Source: an uncultured Pseudobdellovibrionaceae bacterium
Lineage (GTDB): Bacteria; Pseudomonadota; Alphaproteobacteria; Micavibrionales; Micavibrionaceae
Length of the DNA stretch: 64,000 nt
Direction: 5' to 3'
Assembly (NCBI GenBank): GCA_964577255.1
Contig: CAZNYM010000004.1
Span: 804-64,803 of the forward strand
Shown: positions 62,731 to 64,000 of the stretch, one piece after another
Numbering within the stretch: the stretch's first letter is position 1
Layout of the letters: each line of letters starts with the position of its first letter
Translations under genes and position numbers: made by a program
Notes under the pieces: model-generated
What the model was told of the DNA's origin: nothing
The model's input: the letters and a program-made list of their open reading frames with translations, nothing else
The model's database searches: none

Positions 62731-64000
62731 CTAGTGCGCCTCGGCCCAGGAGCCGGCAAAGCCAGACTCAGCCTCAAGCGGCACGCCGACATCGGCCACG
62801 CTTTCCATCACCTGTTTCACGAGCGCGGCGGTGGCCTCCGTCTCTTCATCGGGGACTTCCAGCACCAGTTCGTCATGTACCTGAAGCAAAAGCCGTGCGC
62901 GCAGGCCGGCGTTTGCCAGCGCGGCCGGCAGGCGCGCCATGGCCATTTTCATGATGTCTGCAGCCGTCCCTTGCAGCGGGGCGTTGATCGCCTGGCGCTC
63001 TGCGAAGCTGCGCTGCGCGCCGTTTTTGCTGTTGATGTTGGCGATCACGCATTTGCGGCCGTATAGCGTTTTGACAAAACCGTTTTTGCGTGCCTCTTCC
63101 CTGCGGGCTTCCATGAAATCTTGAATCTCGTTGAACTTCGCCAGATAGGCCTGGATGAATTTATTCGCTTCCTGCGGCTGGCACCCCAATTGCTTGGCCA
63201 GGCCCCATCCGGAAATACCGTAGATGATGCCGAAATTCACCGCTTTGGCCTGGCGGCGGATGTCGGGCGTGACTTTATCGAGCGGCACGCCGAACACCTG
63301 CGACGCGGTGAGAGTATGAATGTCGACTTTATCGCGGAACGCCTGTTTAAGCGCGGCCACGCCCGCCAACGCGGCGGCCAGGCGCAGTTCGACCTGGCTG
63401 TAATCGACCGACAGCAGCTTCCAGCCCTTCTCGGCCACGAAGGCGCGGCGGATGCGGCGCCCTTCCTCCGTGCGGATGGGAATGTTCTGCAGGTTCGGAT
63501 CGGTCGAAGCCAGGCGCCCCGTGTTGGTGTGCGCAACCGCGAAGGATGTGTGCACGCGCCCGGTGGCGGGATTGATATCCTCTTGCAGCGCGTCGGTGTA
63601 GGTGGATTTGAGCTTCGCAAGCTGCCGCCATTCCAGGATTTTGTCGATGATGTCGTGACCCTGTCCGGCCAGATCCTCGAGCACGTCGGCGGCGGTCGAC
63701 CAGTCGCCGGTCTTCGTTTTCGATCCGCCCGGCAGGCCTATTTCATCGAACAGCACCGCGCCCATCTGCTTGGGCGAGGCGATGTTGAACGGGCGGCCCG
63801 CCAGCCTATGGATCTCTTCCTCGAGCGCCGCCAGCTTCTTGCCGAATTCGTTGCTCAGCTCCTTCAGCACGGCGGGATCGACCTTGATGCCGGCAAGCTC
63901 CATGCCGGCGATGACGGGGATCAGGGGACGCTCGATGTCCTCGTACACGCTCACCATATGCTCGCGCGCCAGGCGCGGCTTGAGAATACTGTGCAGTCGC
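62731..64000 (-). CDS. polA: DNA polymerase I, C-terminal polymerase domain; the 5' end runs off the window
   Basis: Motifs DYSQVELRLAA (motif A), RRQAKAVNFGIIYG (motif B) and QVHDELVLE (motif C). The frame continues upstream of the track Met at 63957. Confidence 0.93.
   Translation of the reverse strand, partial: RLHSILKPRLAREHMVSVYEDIERPLIPVIAGMELAGIKVDPAVLKELSNEFGKKLAALEEEIHRLAGRPFNIASPKQMGAVLFDEIGLPGGSKTKTGDWSTAADVLEDLAGQGHDIIDKILEWRQLAKLKSTYTDALQEDINPATGRVHTSFAVAHTNTGRLASTDPNLQNIPIRTEEGRRIRRAFVAEKGWKLLSVDYSQVELRLAAALAGVAALKQAFRDKVDIHTLTASQVFGVPLDKVTPDIRRQAKAVNFGIIYGISGWGLAKQLGCQPQEANKFIQAYLAKFNEIQDFMEARREEARKNGFVKTLYGRKCVIANINSKNGAQRSFAERQAINAPLQGTAADIMKMAMARLPAALANAGLRARLLLQVHDELVLEVPDEETEATAALVKQVMESVADVGVPLEAESGFAGSWAEAH

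Overview
High-G+C segment, by gene content and order alphaproteobacterial (gcrA, GANTC and TTAA-N7-TTAA motifs, spoT-acpS-lepB-rnc-era block). All calls come from reading the ORF translations and the DNA by eye; no searches were run. Most of the window is housekeeping. This includes NAD-GDH (partial), bdhA, a Phe/Tyr catabolic cluster (hppD, FAH-family gene, maiA, phhA), a fused system II cytochrome c synthase plus TlpA-like thioredoxin, and one tRNA(CAU). It also includes mnmA, fdx plus a cysteine desulfurase, bcp, an AsmA/YhdP-like giant protein, tyrS, anmK, tsaC/sua5, a yceI-cytb561-yceI operon, uppP, rsmD, rluB-like, tadA, spoT, acpS, lepB, rnc, era, gcrA, a tandem cold-shock protein, fadD, pheST, rplT, rpmI, gpt and polA (partial). 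I saw no rRNA, CRISPR array, transposase or integrase. Candidates worth a second look, most interesting first: (1) a 767-aa chimera with a complete CdnL/CarD-like RNAP-binding module followed by three tandem sigma-70 region-4-like repeats (18714-21017). (2) A divergent chaperone-usher-type pilus cluster with DUF4402-like subunits, whose usher-like protein carries extra beta-sandwich repeats and a SPOR-like domain. It has an AMIN-like lipoprotein neighbour and two perfect CtrA-type boxes in its control region (7125-14023). (3) Two tandem paralogous orphan genes, translationally coupled between a cysteine desulfurase/ferredoxin pair and mnmA (22159-24119). (4) A low-G+C single-gene insertion encoding a 559-aa protein with a C-terminal HNH motif (31807-33486). 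(5) A very AT-rich island with direct and inverted repeats driving a 49-codon mini-gene, or an sRNA, that has its own intrinsic terminator (35590-36019). (6) Seven GANTC sites within 164 nt upstream of gcrA. (7) A pheS-pheT operon interrupted by a GNAT gene and an orphan convergent ORF, and extended by another orphan gene. Many long ORFs in the track are antisense shadows typical of high-GC DNA and were rejected.
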